Below, piece by piece: positions 26,197 to 35,551 of a stretch of DNA of 64,000 nucleotides. The translations under genes and the position numbers were made by a program. The DNA comes from an uncultured bacterium (GTDB lineage Bacteria > Patescibacteriota > Minisyncoccia > Phycocordibacterales > JAACPR01): the NCBI GenBank assembly GCA_937858275.1, contig CALLZK010000024.1, positions 1,567 through 65,566 on the forward strand, written 5' to 3'. How positions within the stretch are numbered: position 1 is the stretch's first letter; each line of letters starts with the position of its first letter. The notes beneath the pieces were generated by a model that was given only the letters and a program-made list of their open reading frames with translations, was not told where the DNA came from and searched no databases.

Positions 26197-28088
26197 TATT
26201 TATTTTCATCTTTTTTTGATTCTTTTTCTTCCACCTCAGCATCTCTAACATCATCTTTTTTTTCTTCTTCTTTTGTCGAGTTATTTTGTTGTTGATTTAT
26301 GTGCTGGCCAATTTTTTGCATTTCTTCTGATAGTTCTGAACTAGCTTTTTTGATTAATTCAATGTCGTCTTTTTTGTTTAATTCTTTTAGATTGTTTATC
26401 TTATCTTCAATAGTTTTTTTGATTTCTGAAGTTATTTTGTCTCCGGCATCTTTTATTGCTTTTTCTGCTGTATATATCATCTGTTCTGATAAATTTTTTG
26501 TATCGATAAGCTCTTTTTTCTTTTTATCTTCCTCAGCATGCATTTCGGCATCTTTTTGCATTTTCTTTATATCGTCTTCTGAAAGCCCAGAACCTGCCTC
26601 AATTCTTATTGATTGGGCCTTGTTTGTTGCCTTGTCTTTTGCAGTTACATTCAAAATTCCGTTAGCATCAACATCAAATGAAACTTCAACCTGAGGCATT
26701 CCTCTTGGTGCCGGCGGTATTCCGTCTAAAATAAAACGACCCAAAGATTTGTTGTCATTTGCCATTGCTCTTTCTCCTTGAACAATGTGTATTTCAACCT
26801 GAGTTTGATTATCTGCTGCGGTTGAAAAAATTTGAGATTTTGTTGTTGGAATTGTTGTGTTTTTATCAATTAATTTTGTTGCAACACCACCCATTGTTTC
26901 AATTCCTAAAGAAAGTGGTATAACATCAAGCAACAAAACATCTTTTACATCTCCTTGTAAAATTCCCCCTTGAATAGCCGCACCAAGTGCCACAACTTCA
27001 TCTGGATTGATTGATTTGTTCGGTTCTTTTCCGAAAAGTTTTTTGACCTCTTCTTGTATTTTTGGCATTCTTGTTTGTCCGCCAACCAAAACTATTTCAT
27101 CAATATCTGTAATTTTAAAAGGTGAAGCATCCATTGCCCTTTTTGTTATTTCAATTGATCTTTCTATGAATTCTGAAGATAGTTCTTCAAGTTTTGATCT
27201 TGTTAACTTTAGTAATAAGTGTTTTGGACCGCTTGAATCAGATGTTATAAAAGGTATGTTTATTTCACTTTCGGTTGCACTGGAAAGTTCTATTTTTGCT
27301 TTTTCAGCCGCCTCATCCAATCTTTGTAATGCTAGAGGATCTTTTGAAATATCAATTCCAGAATCTTTTTTGAATTCTTCCAAAATCCATTTTATTATTT
27401 TTTGATCAATATCTTTTCCTCCCATGTGAGAATCGCCGTCTGTTGCTTTTACTTCAACTATATCATCACCCACTTCCAAAACTGATATATCAAAAGTTCC
27501 ACCACCAAAATCAAAAACTACAATTTTTTCATCTTTCTTTTTATTAAAACCATAAGCCAATGCCGCAGCGGTTGGTTCATTTATTATTCTTTTAACATCC
27601 AAACCTGCTATTTTTCCAGCATCTTTTGTGGCTTGTCTTTGTGAATCATTAAAATAGGCCGGAACAGTTATAACTGCTTCGGTTATTTTTTCCCCAAGTT
27701 TTGCTTCAGCATCTGTTTTAAGTTTTTGTAAAATCATCGCAGAGACTTCTTCTGGTCTGTATTTTTTATCTCCCATTTTTACAACAACACCACCGTTGTC
27801 AGATTTACCAACTTCAAATGGTACTGTTTTTTTATCCTTTTCTACTGCCGGATCTTCGTATGTGTGACCTATGAATCTTTTTATACCAAAAATAGTATTT
27901 TGTGGATTTGTAACTGCCTGTCTTTTTGCTAATTGACCAACCAGTCTTTCTCCGTTTTTGGATATTGCCACAATTGAAGGTGTTGTTCTATTTCCTTCGG
28001 AATTTTCTATAATTTCTGGTTGACCTGCCTCGACAATCGCTACAGCTGAATTTGTTGTACCCAAATCAATACCTATTATTTTTGACAT
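26196..28088 (-). CDS. dnaK: molecular chaperone DnaK (Hsp70)
   Basis: '[13 protein letters not shown]', 'DLGGGTFD', and an acidic C-terminus. Confidence 0.97.
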   Translation of the reverse strand: MSKIIGIDLGTTNSAVAIVEAGQPEIIENSEGNRTTPSIVAISKNGERLVGQLAKRQAVTNPQNTIFGIKRFIGHTYEDPAVEKDKKTVPFEVGKSDNGGVVVKMGDKKYRPEEVSAMILQKLKTDAEAKLGEKITEAVITVPAYFNDSQRQATKDAGKIAGLDVKRIINEPTAAALAYGFNKKKDEKIVVFDFGGGTFDISVLEVGDDIVEVKATDGDSHMGGKDIDQKIIKWILEEFKKDSGIDISKDPLALQRLDEAAEKAKIELSSATESEINIPFITSDSSGPKHLLLKLTRSKLEELSSEFIERSIEITKRAMDASPFKITDIDEIVLVGGQTRMPKIQEEVKKLFGKEPNKSINPDEVVALGAAIQGGILQGDVKDVLLLDVIPLSLGIETMGGVATKLIDKNTTIPTTKSQIFSTAADNQTQVEIHIVQGERAMANDNKSLGRFILDGIPPAPRGMPQVEVSFDVDANGILNVTAKDKATNKAQSIRIEAGSGLSEDDIKKMQKDAEMHAEEDKKKKELIDTKNLSEQMIYTAEKAIKDAGDKITSEIKKTIEDKINNLKELNKKDDIELIKKASSELSEEMQKIGQHINQQQNNSTKEEEKKDDVRDAEVEEKESKKDENK

Positions 28089-28118
28089 ATTTTTTATTTG
28101 TTATTAAAAATTAATAAT

Positions 28119-28715
28119 TTAATTTTTCAACCTGCCAACTTTAACTGTCGGATATTTTATGACCCTGTCTTGCAATTTGTATCCCTTTTGAATTACTTCT
28201 ACTATTTTACCATCTTTTTCTTTTTCTTCCACATCGACATTTTCTATTGAATGATGCGTTTTTGGATCAAAAAATTGATTTTCCGGATTTATTTCACTAA
28301 CTCCATTTTCTGTTAAAACATTTACCAGTTGAGAGTGAATAAATTCTATTCCAATTCTCCAATCTGGAGGTGCTTTTTCCCATGCTTCTTTGTTTTTGAA
28401 AGCTTGATCAAAACTTTCTATTGTTGGTAAGAGTTGTATTATGAAATCTTCAACTGCATATTTAATTAAATTTTTTTTGTCTTCTTCTGATCTTTTTTTA
28501 AAATTTATAAAATCAGCCTGAGATCTTTGCCAACCATCCAAATACTCTTGTTTTTCTTTTTTGCATTGCTCAAGATCTGATTTAAGATCTTTTATTTTTT
28601 TTAATAAATTTGAAGAATCAGATCCAGAATCTTCTAGATCTTGTTGTTCTTTTTCATAAAAAACATCCTCAAGATTTTCATCTTTTATATTATTTTGATT
28701 TGTGTCGTCAGACAT
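28119..28715 (-). CDS. grpE: nucleotide exchange factor GrpE
   Basis: Coiled-coil N-terminus and 'WQRSQADFINFKKR'. Confidence 0.85.
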   Translation of the reverse strand: MSDDTNQNNIKDENLEDVFYEKEQQDLEDSGSDSSNLLKKIKDLKSDLEQCKKEKQEYLDGWQRSQADFINFKKRSEEDKKNLIKYAVEDFIIQLLPTIESFDQAFKNKEAWEKAPPDWRIGIEFIHSQLVNVLTENGVSEINPENQFFDPKTHHSIENVDVEEKEKDGKIVEVIQKGYKLQDRVIKYPTVKVGRLKN

Positions 28716-28748
28716 TTTTGGTTAAAGTTAAAAGTTTTATAATAAAAA

Positions 28749-29156
28749 CTATCTCTTTGACCACTGTGGTGCTTTTCTGGCTTTTTTTAATCCGAATTTC
28801 TTTCGCTCTTTTACTCTTGGGTCTCTTTTTAGATATCCTAGTTTTTTTAGATTTTTTCTTAATTCTTCATTGTATTCAACTAACGCTCTGGAAAGCCCTA
28901 ATCTAAAACTTTCTGCTTGAGATTTTATTCCACCACCTATTATTTTTGCAACTATTTCAAATTTGTCTGAAATTTCCAGATCTCTTAGTGCAGAAAAAAC
29001 GATTTTTTGAGATTCGTTTGTTTTGAAATAATCAGCGACTGATTTGTTATTTATTACAATTGATTCTTTTGTTGAAGGTGTCATTCTAACCCTTGCTATC
29101 GAGGTTTTTCTTCTACCGATACCTTCTATGTATTTGTTGTCTGTTTTTGTTGTCAT
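28749..29156 (-). CDS. rpsI: 30S ribosomal protein S9
   Basis: C-terminal '...ARKAPQWSKR'. Confidence 0.9.
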   Translation of the reverse strand: MTTKTDNKYIEGIGRRKTSIARVRMTPSTKESIVINNKSVADYFKTNESQKIVFSALRDLEISDKFEIVAKIIGGGIKSQAESFRLGLSRALVEYNEELRKNLKKLGYLKRDPRVKERKKFGLKKARKAPQWSKR

Positions 29157-29161
29157 ATTTT

Positions 29162-29503
29162 CTAATCTTTTATTATCAAATTTTTCATTCTTTGATTTTT
29201 TAAAGTGTTTTTTGGTAACATTCCATAAACCGCTTTTCTAAAAACTTCCCCATAACCCTTTTTTGAAATAAGGTCACCTAATGTTTGATATTTTATTCCA
29301 CCTGGATATCCAGAATATCTAGTATATTCTTTTTCTATTTTTTTCTTAAAGTTTATTTTTGCCAAAGATGCATTTATTATCTGAACTTGTTGAGTTGAAG
29401 TTTTGTTTGGTGTATAACTAGCGGAATCTTTTTCCATTAACATTTTTGCAACTTGTGATGCAACTCTTCCTATTGTTTTGTCTTTTGCGTCTATTATTTT
29501 CAT
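29162..29503 (-). CDS. rplM: 50S ribosomal protein L13 (short, 113 aa)
   Basis: 'MKIIDAKDKTIGRVASQVAKMLMEK'. Confidence 0.85.
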   Translation of the reverse strand: MKIIDAKDKTIGRVASQVAKMLMEKDSASYTPNKTSTQQVQIINASLAKINFKKKIEKEYTRYSGYPGGIKYQTLGDLISKKGYGEVFRKAVYGMLPKNTLKNQRMKNLIIKD

Positions 29504-29508
29504 ATTTT

Positions 29509-29859
29509 TTATACAAATTCAATTAATGCCATTTTACTTGAATCGCTAAGTCTATTAGGTAATTTTGTAATTCTTGTGTAACCACCCTTAAATTCTTTGT
29601 ATTTTGGGGCTACAACAGAAAAAAGTTTTTGAGTTTGTTTTTTGTTTCCAAGCACAGAAAGAACATGTCTTTTGTTCGCCACAGAATCAGTTTTTGCTTT
29701 TGTAACAAGTTTTTCAATAAAAGGTCGTAGTTGTTTTGCTTTTACTTCTGTAGTTTTGATTTTTTCATCTCTTATGATAGAACATGCCAAAGACTTTAGA
29801 AGAGCTCTTCTTCCGTCCCTGTTTCTGCCTAATTTTTTGTTTCTATTGTGATGTCTCAT
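29509..29859 (-). CDS. rplQ: 50S ribosomal protein L17
   Basis: 'MRHHNRNKKLGRNRDGRRALLKSLACSII'. Confidence 0.9.
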   Translation of the reverse strand: MRHHNRNKKLGRNRDGRRALLKSLACSIIRDEKIKTTEVKAKQLRPFIEKLVTKAKTDSVANKRHVLSVLGNKKQTQKLFSVVAPKYKEFKGGYTRITKLPNRLSDSSKMALIEFV

Positions 29860-29901
29860 AGCAAATTACACTAACAATTTTTTGATAAAAAGTAAAGCCC
29901 T

Positions 29902-30870
29902 TTATTTTAAAATTAAACCATGCTCACCAAGAACTTTTTTGATTTCTTGTAAACCCTTCTCTCCCATACCATCAATTTCTAAGATGTCTTCTTCTTTTTT
30001 TCTAGCCAAACCACCTACAGTTCTGATATTTGCTGCCGACAGAGCATTTATAGTTCTTGATGATAAATTCAAATTTTCTACTCTTGTTTTTAGAAAATCT
30101 TCCATATCACCATCTTCTTTTTCTGATTTTGAATTTTTGTTAGAATCTTCTTGTTGTAATACTTTTGTTTCAACCTCTTCTTTAAAACCAACAACAGATT
30201 TTAGTTGAGTAATCATTATTTCAATTGATTTTTCTAGTGCAGATTTTGGTGTAATTGTACCATCGGTTTCTATCATTATTCTCAATCTATTAAAGTCAGT
30301 TCTATCACCAACTCTCATATTCTCTGTTTCATAATTTACTCTTCTAATTGGAGTAAATATTCCGTCTAAAGTTATTGTTCCAACCTCAACTCTGTCTTTT
30401 TTAATTTGATCTTTTGGAACATATCCAAGACCATTTTGAACTTTTAATTCCATTTCAACTGTTTTACCTTTTTCGGTTAAACTAAAAATGTGTTGCTCTG
30501 GATTTTTTATTGAAACTTGACTTGGTGCAACAATATCTTTTGCTGTTATGTTTTTTGGACCAACAGCTTTTATTGTTATTGTTTGAGACTCATTTCCCTC
30601 AAGAGACAGTCTTATTTTTTTAATATTTAAAATTATGGATATTAAATCTTCTTTTACACCTTCAATTGTTGCAAATTCGTGCCCAACACCTTTTACTTTT
30701 AATTCGACAATTGCTGCTCCAGGTAAAGAAGAAAGTATTATCCTTCTTAGTGAATTACCTAATGTGTGACCGTATCCAGGATACAAACCGTCTATTTCAT
30801 ACACACCTTTGAACCCTTCTTCCATAACGATTTTTGGCTTTGATGGCAAAGCAATATTGTGGTCTATCAT
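29902..30870 (-). CDS. rpoA: DNA-directed RNA polymerase subunit alpha
   Basis: N-terminal dimerisation domain 'PLEPGYGHTLGNSLRR' and a C-terminal HhH 'LNLSSRTINALSAANIRTVGGL'. Confidence 0.95.
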   Translation of the reverse strand: MIDHNIALPSKPKIVMEEGFKGVYEIDGLYPGYGHTLGNSLRRIILSSLPGAAIVELKVKGVGHEFATIEGVKEDLISIILNIKKIRLSLEGNESQTITIKAVGPKNITAKDIVAPSQVSIKNPEQHIFSLTEKGKTVEMELKVQNGLGYVPKDQIKKDRVEVGTITLDGIFTPIRRVNYETENMRVGDRTDFNRLRIMIETDGTITPKSALEKSIEIMITQLKSVVGFKEEVETKVLQQEDSNKNSKSEKEDGDMEDFLKTRVENLNLSSRTINALSAANIRTVGGLARKKEEDILEIDGMGEKGLQEIKKVLGEHGLILK

Positions 30871-30955
30871 TTTTAATACTTTTTAAATTAATTAATAATT
30901 TTTTATTCGTTTTTTCAGTATAAAAATTATACTAGAAAAAAAGAATAAAAGCAAA

Positions 30956-31564
30956 CTACCTTTTGTAAAACTGCACTACATTTCCCAAATTAAAAGCCAA
31001 TTCTGTTGGCTTGTATTGCGGATCCGCCAAAACTGTAATTGTGTAGTTTTTGTTATCAACATTTATCCAAGATGGAGGTGTCATATCTTTTTCTTTGTCC
31101 TTGAATGTTGCAAAAAGCGGTTTGTTTCGGTTTGATTCTTTTACTGTCACAACATCACCTTTTTTAACTTGAAAAGATGGAACTGTTGTTTTTTTGCCAT
31201 TAACTTTCATGTGACCATGAGTCACGATTTGTCTGGCTTGAAATCTTGTTGTTGCCAATCCTGATCTTAAAACTACATTATCAAGTCTTCTTTCTAGTAA
31301 TTCAAATAATTTTGCTTCTGGTTGTTTTATTTTTGATCTAACTATTGATTTTACATAATTAGATAATTGAGTAGCTGAAATTCCGTAAGTGTATCGAACT
31401 TTTTGTTTTTCCAAAACCTGAGTTCCAAAGTTGGTTTTTCCATGAACTCCGGTTGTTGAATATCCTTTTTTTTCTGCTCTTAAAATAAATTTTTGAGACT
31501 GTGTTTTTTCAAAAACAGCCGCTCCTAATCTTTTTGCAATTTTATATTTTGGTCCTACTTTCAT
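30956..31564 (-). CDS. rpsD: 30S ribosomal protein S4
   Basis: 'MKVGPKYKIAKRLG' and an S4 RNA-binding domain. Confidence 0.9.
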   Translation of the reverse strand: MKVGPKYKIAKRLGAAVFEKTQSQKFILRAEKKGYSTTGVHGKTNFGTQVLEKQKVRYTYGISATQLSNYVKSIVRSKIKQPEAKLFELLERRLDNVVLRSGLATTRFQARQIVTHGHMKVNGKKTTVPSFQVKKGDVVTVKESNRNKPLFATFKDKEKDMTPPSWINVDNKNYTITVLADPQYKPTELAFNLGNVVQFYKR

Positions 31565-31572
31565 AATATTTT

Positions 31573-32010
31573 TTATACCCTCCTTGGTTTAGGTGGTTTT
31601 GGTCCATTGTGTGGTACCGGGGTCATGTCTTTTAAACTATTTAATTGAATTCCCTTGCTAATAAAACTTCTGACTGAAGACTCTCTTCCGGAGCCAACAC
31701 CCTTTATGATAACATCAACTTTTTTCATTCCGACCTGCTCAGCTTTTTCTGCCAAAACTTCTGCGGCTTTTGAGGCAGCAAAAGGAGTTCCCTTTTTTGC
31801 ACCCTTAAAACCAAGAGCCCCGCTTGAAGATGCTCCAATAGCATTACCTTTTAGATCTGTAAGTAAAAGTGTTGTGTTGTTGTAAGTTGATCTAACATAT
31901 AAAATACCCGCCTCTATTCTTTTCTTGGATAATCTTTTGGCGGAAGCAGAAGACTTTGATGATGAGTCATCTGAGTTCTCTGTTTTTTTTACAATTCTTT
32001 TTTTTCCCAT
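31573..32010 (-). CDS. rpsK: 30S ribosomal protein S11
   Basis: 'GILYVRSTYNNTTLLLTDLKGN', 'PHNGPKPPKPRRV'. Confidence 0.9.
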   Translation of the reverse strand: MGKKRIVKKTENSDDSSSKSSASAKRLSKKRIEAGILYVRSTYNNTTLLLTDLKGNAIGASSSGALGFKGAKKGTPFAASKAAEVLAEKAEQVGMKKVDVIIKGVGSGRESSVRSFISKGIQLNSLKDMTPVPHNGPKPPKPRRV

Positions 32011-32038
32011 AAATTTTTATTTTAAAATTATTTTATTT

Positions 32039-32419
32039 TTATTTCTTTTCAACTGCCTTTCTACCAGATCCCATAGTTTTTCTAACATTTCCACGAACAG
32101 TTCTGGAGTTTGTTTTGGTTCTTTGTCCTCTTGCTGGTAATCTTTTTGCATGACGACTACCTTTATATGATTGAATGTCTTTGTATCTTTTTACATTGTT
32201 AGCAATTTGTCTTTTCAGATCTCCTTCTAGTTTTAGTTTTTCTATTTCTTGTCTGATTTTTGTTTCTTCTTCTTGTGTAATATCTTTTGTTTTTTTGCCT
32301 AAATCTATATTACAGTTTTTTAAGATTTTTTTTGAAGTAGATATGCCAATTCCGTATATTACAGTCAAAGCCATTTCTATTCTTTTGTCCTCTGGTAAGG
32401 TTATTCCTAATATTCTCAT
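32039..32419 (-). CDS. rpsM: 30S ribosomal protein S13
   Basis: 'MRILGITLPEDKRIEMALTVIYGIG'. Confidence 0.9.
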   Translation of the reverse strand: MRILGITLPEDKRIEMALTVIYGIGISTSKKILKNCNIDLGKKTKDITQEEETKIRQEIEKLKLEGDLKRQIANNVKRYKDIQSYKGSRHAKRLPARGQRTKTNSRTVRGNVRKTMGSGRKAVEKK

Positions 32420-32489
32420 TTTTGTATTTTTCGTATAGTTTGATTAATTTAACAGATATTAAACAAAAAGTAAAGGGTTATGTATTTTA

Positions 32490-32603
32490 TTAACCTTGTT
32501 TTTGTTTGTGTCTTGGATTTTTGCAAGTTATGTAAAGATTGCCTCTTCTTTTTACGATTTTGCAATTTTTACATCTTGCTTTTATTGCTGATTTTATTTT
32601 CAT
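32490..32603 (-). CDS. rpmJ: 50S ribosomal protein L36
   Basis: Not in the ORF track because it is under 60 aa. Translates as [37 protein letters not shown] (37 aa, C-C-C-H zinc ribbon), in the canonical infA-rpmJ-rpsM position. Confidence 0.85.
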   Translation of the reverse strand: MKIKSAIKARCKNCKIVKRRGNLYITCKNPRHKQKQG

Positions 32604-32612
32604 AAATTTTTG

Positions 32613-32828
32613 TTATAATCTTCTAAAAATTCGAGCTTTTCCGCCATAAGGATCTAATTTCATTAAAACCTTGTCGCCTATTAAAACTCTTATTCGCATC
32701 ATTTTCATTTTTCCCGCAAGATAAGCCAAGACTTCTGTTCCGTCTTTTAGGACAACCTTAAACATGGCTTCTGGCAAAGCCTCTATTACAGTTCCCTCAG
32801 CTTGATCTTCGTTGTTTTTATCTACCAT
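32613..32828 (-). CDS. infA: translation initiation factor IF-1
   Basis: '[43 protein letters not shown]'. Confidence 0.9.
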   Translation of the reverse strand: MVDKNNEDQAEGTVIEALPEAMFKVVLKDGTEVLAYLAGKMKMMRIRVLIGDKVLMKLDPYGGKARIFRRL

Positions 32829-32870
32829 TAAAATTCAGTTAAATATAATAACAAAATTATGATTAGTTTG

Positions 32871-34280
32871 TCAATTTTTATTATTAGTTATTTGTAAATT
32901 AATATTTTTTATATCGACCGGAAAAGTTTTTTTCCAAAAAGGAGAAATTGTAGCAGATCCTTTTGTTATTGCTGGAAAATTTGATAGGACCAAACCAAGA
33001 TCATTTTTTGTTTTTCCTGCCATTGTTTTTTTAAAATTTTCTATATCAATTTGCCAGACGAAAGTCATATTTTGATTTACATCTATTGTTTCGCTACTAA
33101 GCAAATTGGTTGAGTCTTCTAATTTTTTTATTGTAAAAATTACTGAATCTATATCTTGTATCAAAACATCTTGACCTACACGATAATCAATAATTGTATT
33201 TTTTGCAATTTCATTTGAAAGTGCTATTTTATTAAATACTTTTATACTTAATTTTCCATCAACACTTATATCTACACTTCTACCGTCTGCAGAATTTGTC
33301 TGTCTTACATTGTTAAAAACAAAAGAATTATCGTCAAATATTGCTATAAATTCTTTTGATATTTGATTAGTTATCTCCAAAATAAGTGCCGATTTTAGTT
33401 CTGAAATTAATTGTTGCGATGATCTGCTTAGAACTTCTGAATCTACAATTTTCCTAATTCCGTTGTACCCTTCGGTCATTGGGGTTTTTGATTTTGCATA
33501 GAAAGAATTGAATTGTTCTTGTCCTTTGAAACCGGGGATTGTAAAGTCTACCAAGTTTATGTTGTACTTTTCTCCGTTTTCGTCCGCAAAAACAACCGCA
33601 TCTATGCTACCTGGTATTTTGTTTCCATCAACTATTCTATAACCAGGAACAGTAATTGATTCTTGTATTCTATAAATTAAACCGTTTGGAGATTCAAATC
33701 TTGTATTGCGAATAAGTGTTTGTGGTCTGTCCGAATATTCATTAAAAATAGTGATGGTTCCACTTGCTTTTGATTGAACAAATTCCTCTTTTTCTGCTGG
33801 TATATTTTTTGTTAATTCTTTTGAGATTTCTATTAATCGATAACCTAAAACATTTTGATTTGAATTTTTTGTGATATCAGCGATTGGAATACTTTTGTTT
33901 ATTGAAGCCTCAACTGTTTTTTGTTCTATACTGATTACTGCATTTTCTAAAAAAGAAATTATAAAAAAAACTATGGCCAAAATAGCTACAATAGATGAGG
34001 TTATTAAAAAAGTTTTTATTTTTTTGCCTTTCTTGTAATTTTTGCCATTTAACTCATTTAGATATTTTTCATCTAATGGAATGTCTTTTTTTACAAAACC
34101 AGATGGTGGTGTAATTGGGGTTTTTGGTTTTAATTCCTGAACAATATGATCATTTTTTAATGATTTTGTCGGTTTTTTTTCTAAAATAACCGGTCTTCTT
34201 CTTGGCGGAACCGGAATATCCCTAATTGATCTTTTTTGTTTTGGTGGTATTACATCTTGTAAAAAATTATTATCATTCAT
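32871..34280 (-). CDS. bitopic membrane protein: Pro/Lys-rich cytoplasmic N-terminus, one TM, about 370-aa extracytoplasmic domain; function unknown
   Basis: 'IPVPPRRRPVILEKKP...', TM 'FLITSSIVAILAIVFFIISFL'. No recognised motif. Confidence 0.5.
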   Translation of the reverse strand: MNDNNFLQDVIPPKQKRSIRDIPVPPRRRPVILEKKPTKSLKNDHIVQELKPKTPITPPSGFVKKDIPLDEKYLNELNGKNYKKGKKIKTFLITSSIVAILAIVFFIISFLENAVISIEQKTVEASINKSIPIADITKNSNQNVLGYRLIEISKELTKNIPAEKEEFVQSKASGTITIFNEYSDRPQTLIRNTRFESPNGLIYRIQESITVPGYRIVDGNKIPGSIDAVVFADENGEKYNINLVDFTIPGFKGQEQFNSFYAKSKTPMTEGYNGIRKIVDSEVLSRSSQQLISELKSALILEITNQISKEFIAIFDDNSFVFNNVRQTNSADGRSVDISVDGKLSIKVFNKIALSNEIAKNTIIDYRVGQDVLIQDIDSVIFTIKKLEDSTNLLSSETIDVNQNMTFVWQIDIENFKKTMAGKTKNDLGLVLSNFPAITKGSATISPFWKKTFPVDIKNINLQITNNKN

Positions 34281-34315
34281 ATTTTGTTTATTTTAACAGA
34301 AAAAATTAATTAATA

Positions 34316-35488
34316 CTAATTATCTAAAAAATTTGAAAAATTTGCAATAATCGAAATCAGAGGATCTTTGTTTATATCATCTTGATATAAACAAAGATCA
34401 GGTATGTTTTTTTGATTTATTATATGAATTATTGGTTCAGAATTTATTTTTAAGGTTTTAAAGTAAAAATCTTTTGATTTTAAAATTGATTGGGTAAATT
34501 CACTTATTTGTAAATCGGTTGTTAAAAAGATTATGCCGGGAGTTATTTCATTAATCCACTTTTTTTCCATAAATTTTGAAATTTCTGATATATATTGATC
34601 TTTTAAACTATTTAAAAAATTAATTTTTTCTGAAAATGCTTCTTGGTTCATGTTTTTATCATAAAACAATTCAATTTCTGAGAATATTTGTTTTTGTTCG
34701 ATTTTGTATTTTTTGATCAATTCTCTAATAAAGAAATTATTACCTTTTGGAAAGGTTACCACACTTTTTAGTACAGAATTTTTGTATAAAGATAAATCTG
34801 TTGTTTCGCCACCAATATCAATCAAAACAAAACTGTCAGTTGAAGGAAATGTATTTTTTATTACAGATAAAATAACAAAAGGATGTGAATTTAGAGATAT
34901 TTTTTTTGGTAAAAAAGCATCTTCTATTTTTTTGATAATTAAATCAGATAGTTTTTTTGAAATATAACCTTCATAAAATGATATTTTTGCTTTTTCAAAA
35001 TATTTTCCAAAAGGATTTGAAATTTCGTAATCATTTAGACTAACTGAAAGTATTTTGTTTTCGATTAAGCATTCTTTTGATGTTATTTCTGTATTGTTTT
35101 TATCGAGTAGGTTTTTGAGAGTTTTTTCGGTAAATTTTGTTTTTTTGTCTTGTGTAAAATTAAAATTTTTTAACTTTAATTTGTACCATGGTGAGGAAAA
35201 ACAACAAAAAACTTCGGAAACTGAATTTTCGCTTTGATATTTTGAATTGTTTTTTATTCCTATTTCTTTGATATCTTTTAAAACCAAATCAAAAGATTTT
35301 ATTAATTTTTTGATAAAAACATTTTGATCAAATGACATTTCTGTTTCTACATAATGTCTTTTTGTATATATTACTTTTGGTCTATCTTCTTTTGATTCAA
35401 TAACAATAGCACCACCAACACTAGCACTTCGAAAATCTAATACAATTTTTAATTTGGGAGATATTTTTTTATTACGAGAAATAAACAT
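34316..35488 (-). CDS. actin-like ATPase (FtsA/PilM/MreB superfamily)
   Basis: Phosphate-1 'KIVLDFRSASVGGAIV' and phosphate-2 'VLIDIGGETTDLSLY'. Confidence 0.6.
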   Translation of the reverse strand: MFISRNKKISPKLKIVLDFRSASVGGAIVIESKEDRPKVIYTKRHYVETEMSFDQNVFIKKLIKSFDLVLKDIKEIGIKNNSKYQSENSVSEVFCCFSSPWYKLKLKNFNFTQDKKTKFTEKTLKNLLDKNNTEITSKECLIENKILSVSLNDYEISNPFGKYFEKAKISFYEGYISKKLSDLIIKKIEDAFLPKKISLNSHPFVILSVIKNTFPSTDSFVLIDIGGETTDLSLYKNSVLKSVVTFPKGNNFFIRELIKKYKIEQKQIFSEIELFYDKNMNQEAFSEKINFLNSLKDQYISEISKFMEKKWINEITPGIIFLTTDLQISEFTQSILKSKDFYFKTLKINSEPIIHIINQKNIPDLCLYQDDINKDPLISIIANFSNFLDN

Positions 35489-35551
35489 TTGTTTTTATTA
35501 TAAAACTTAAAAAGATTTTAGGCAAAGTTTTATTGTTTATATCTTTTATTT

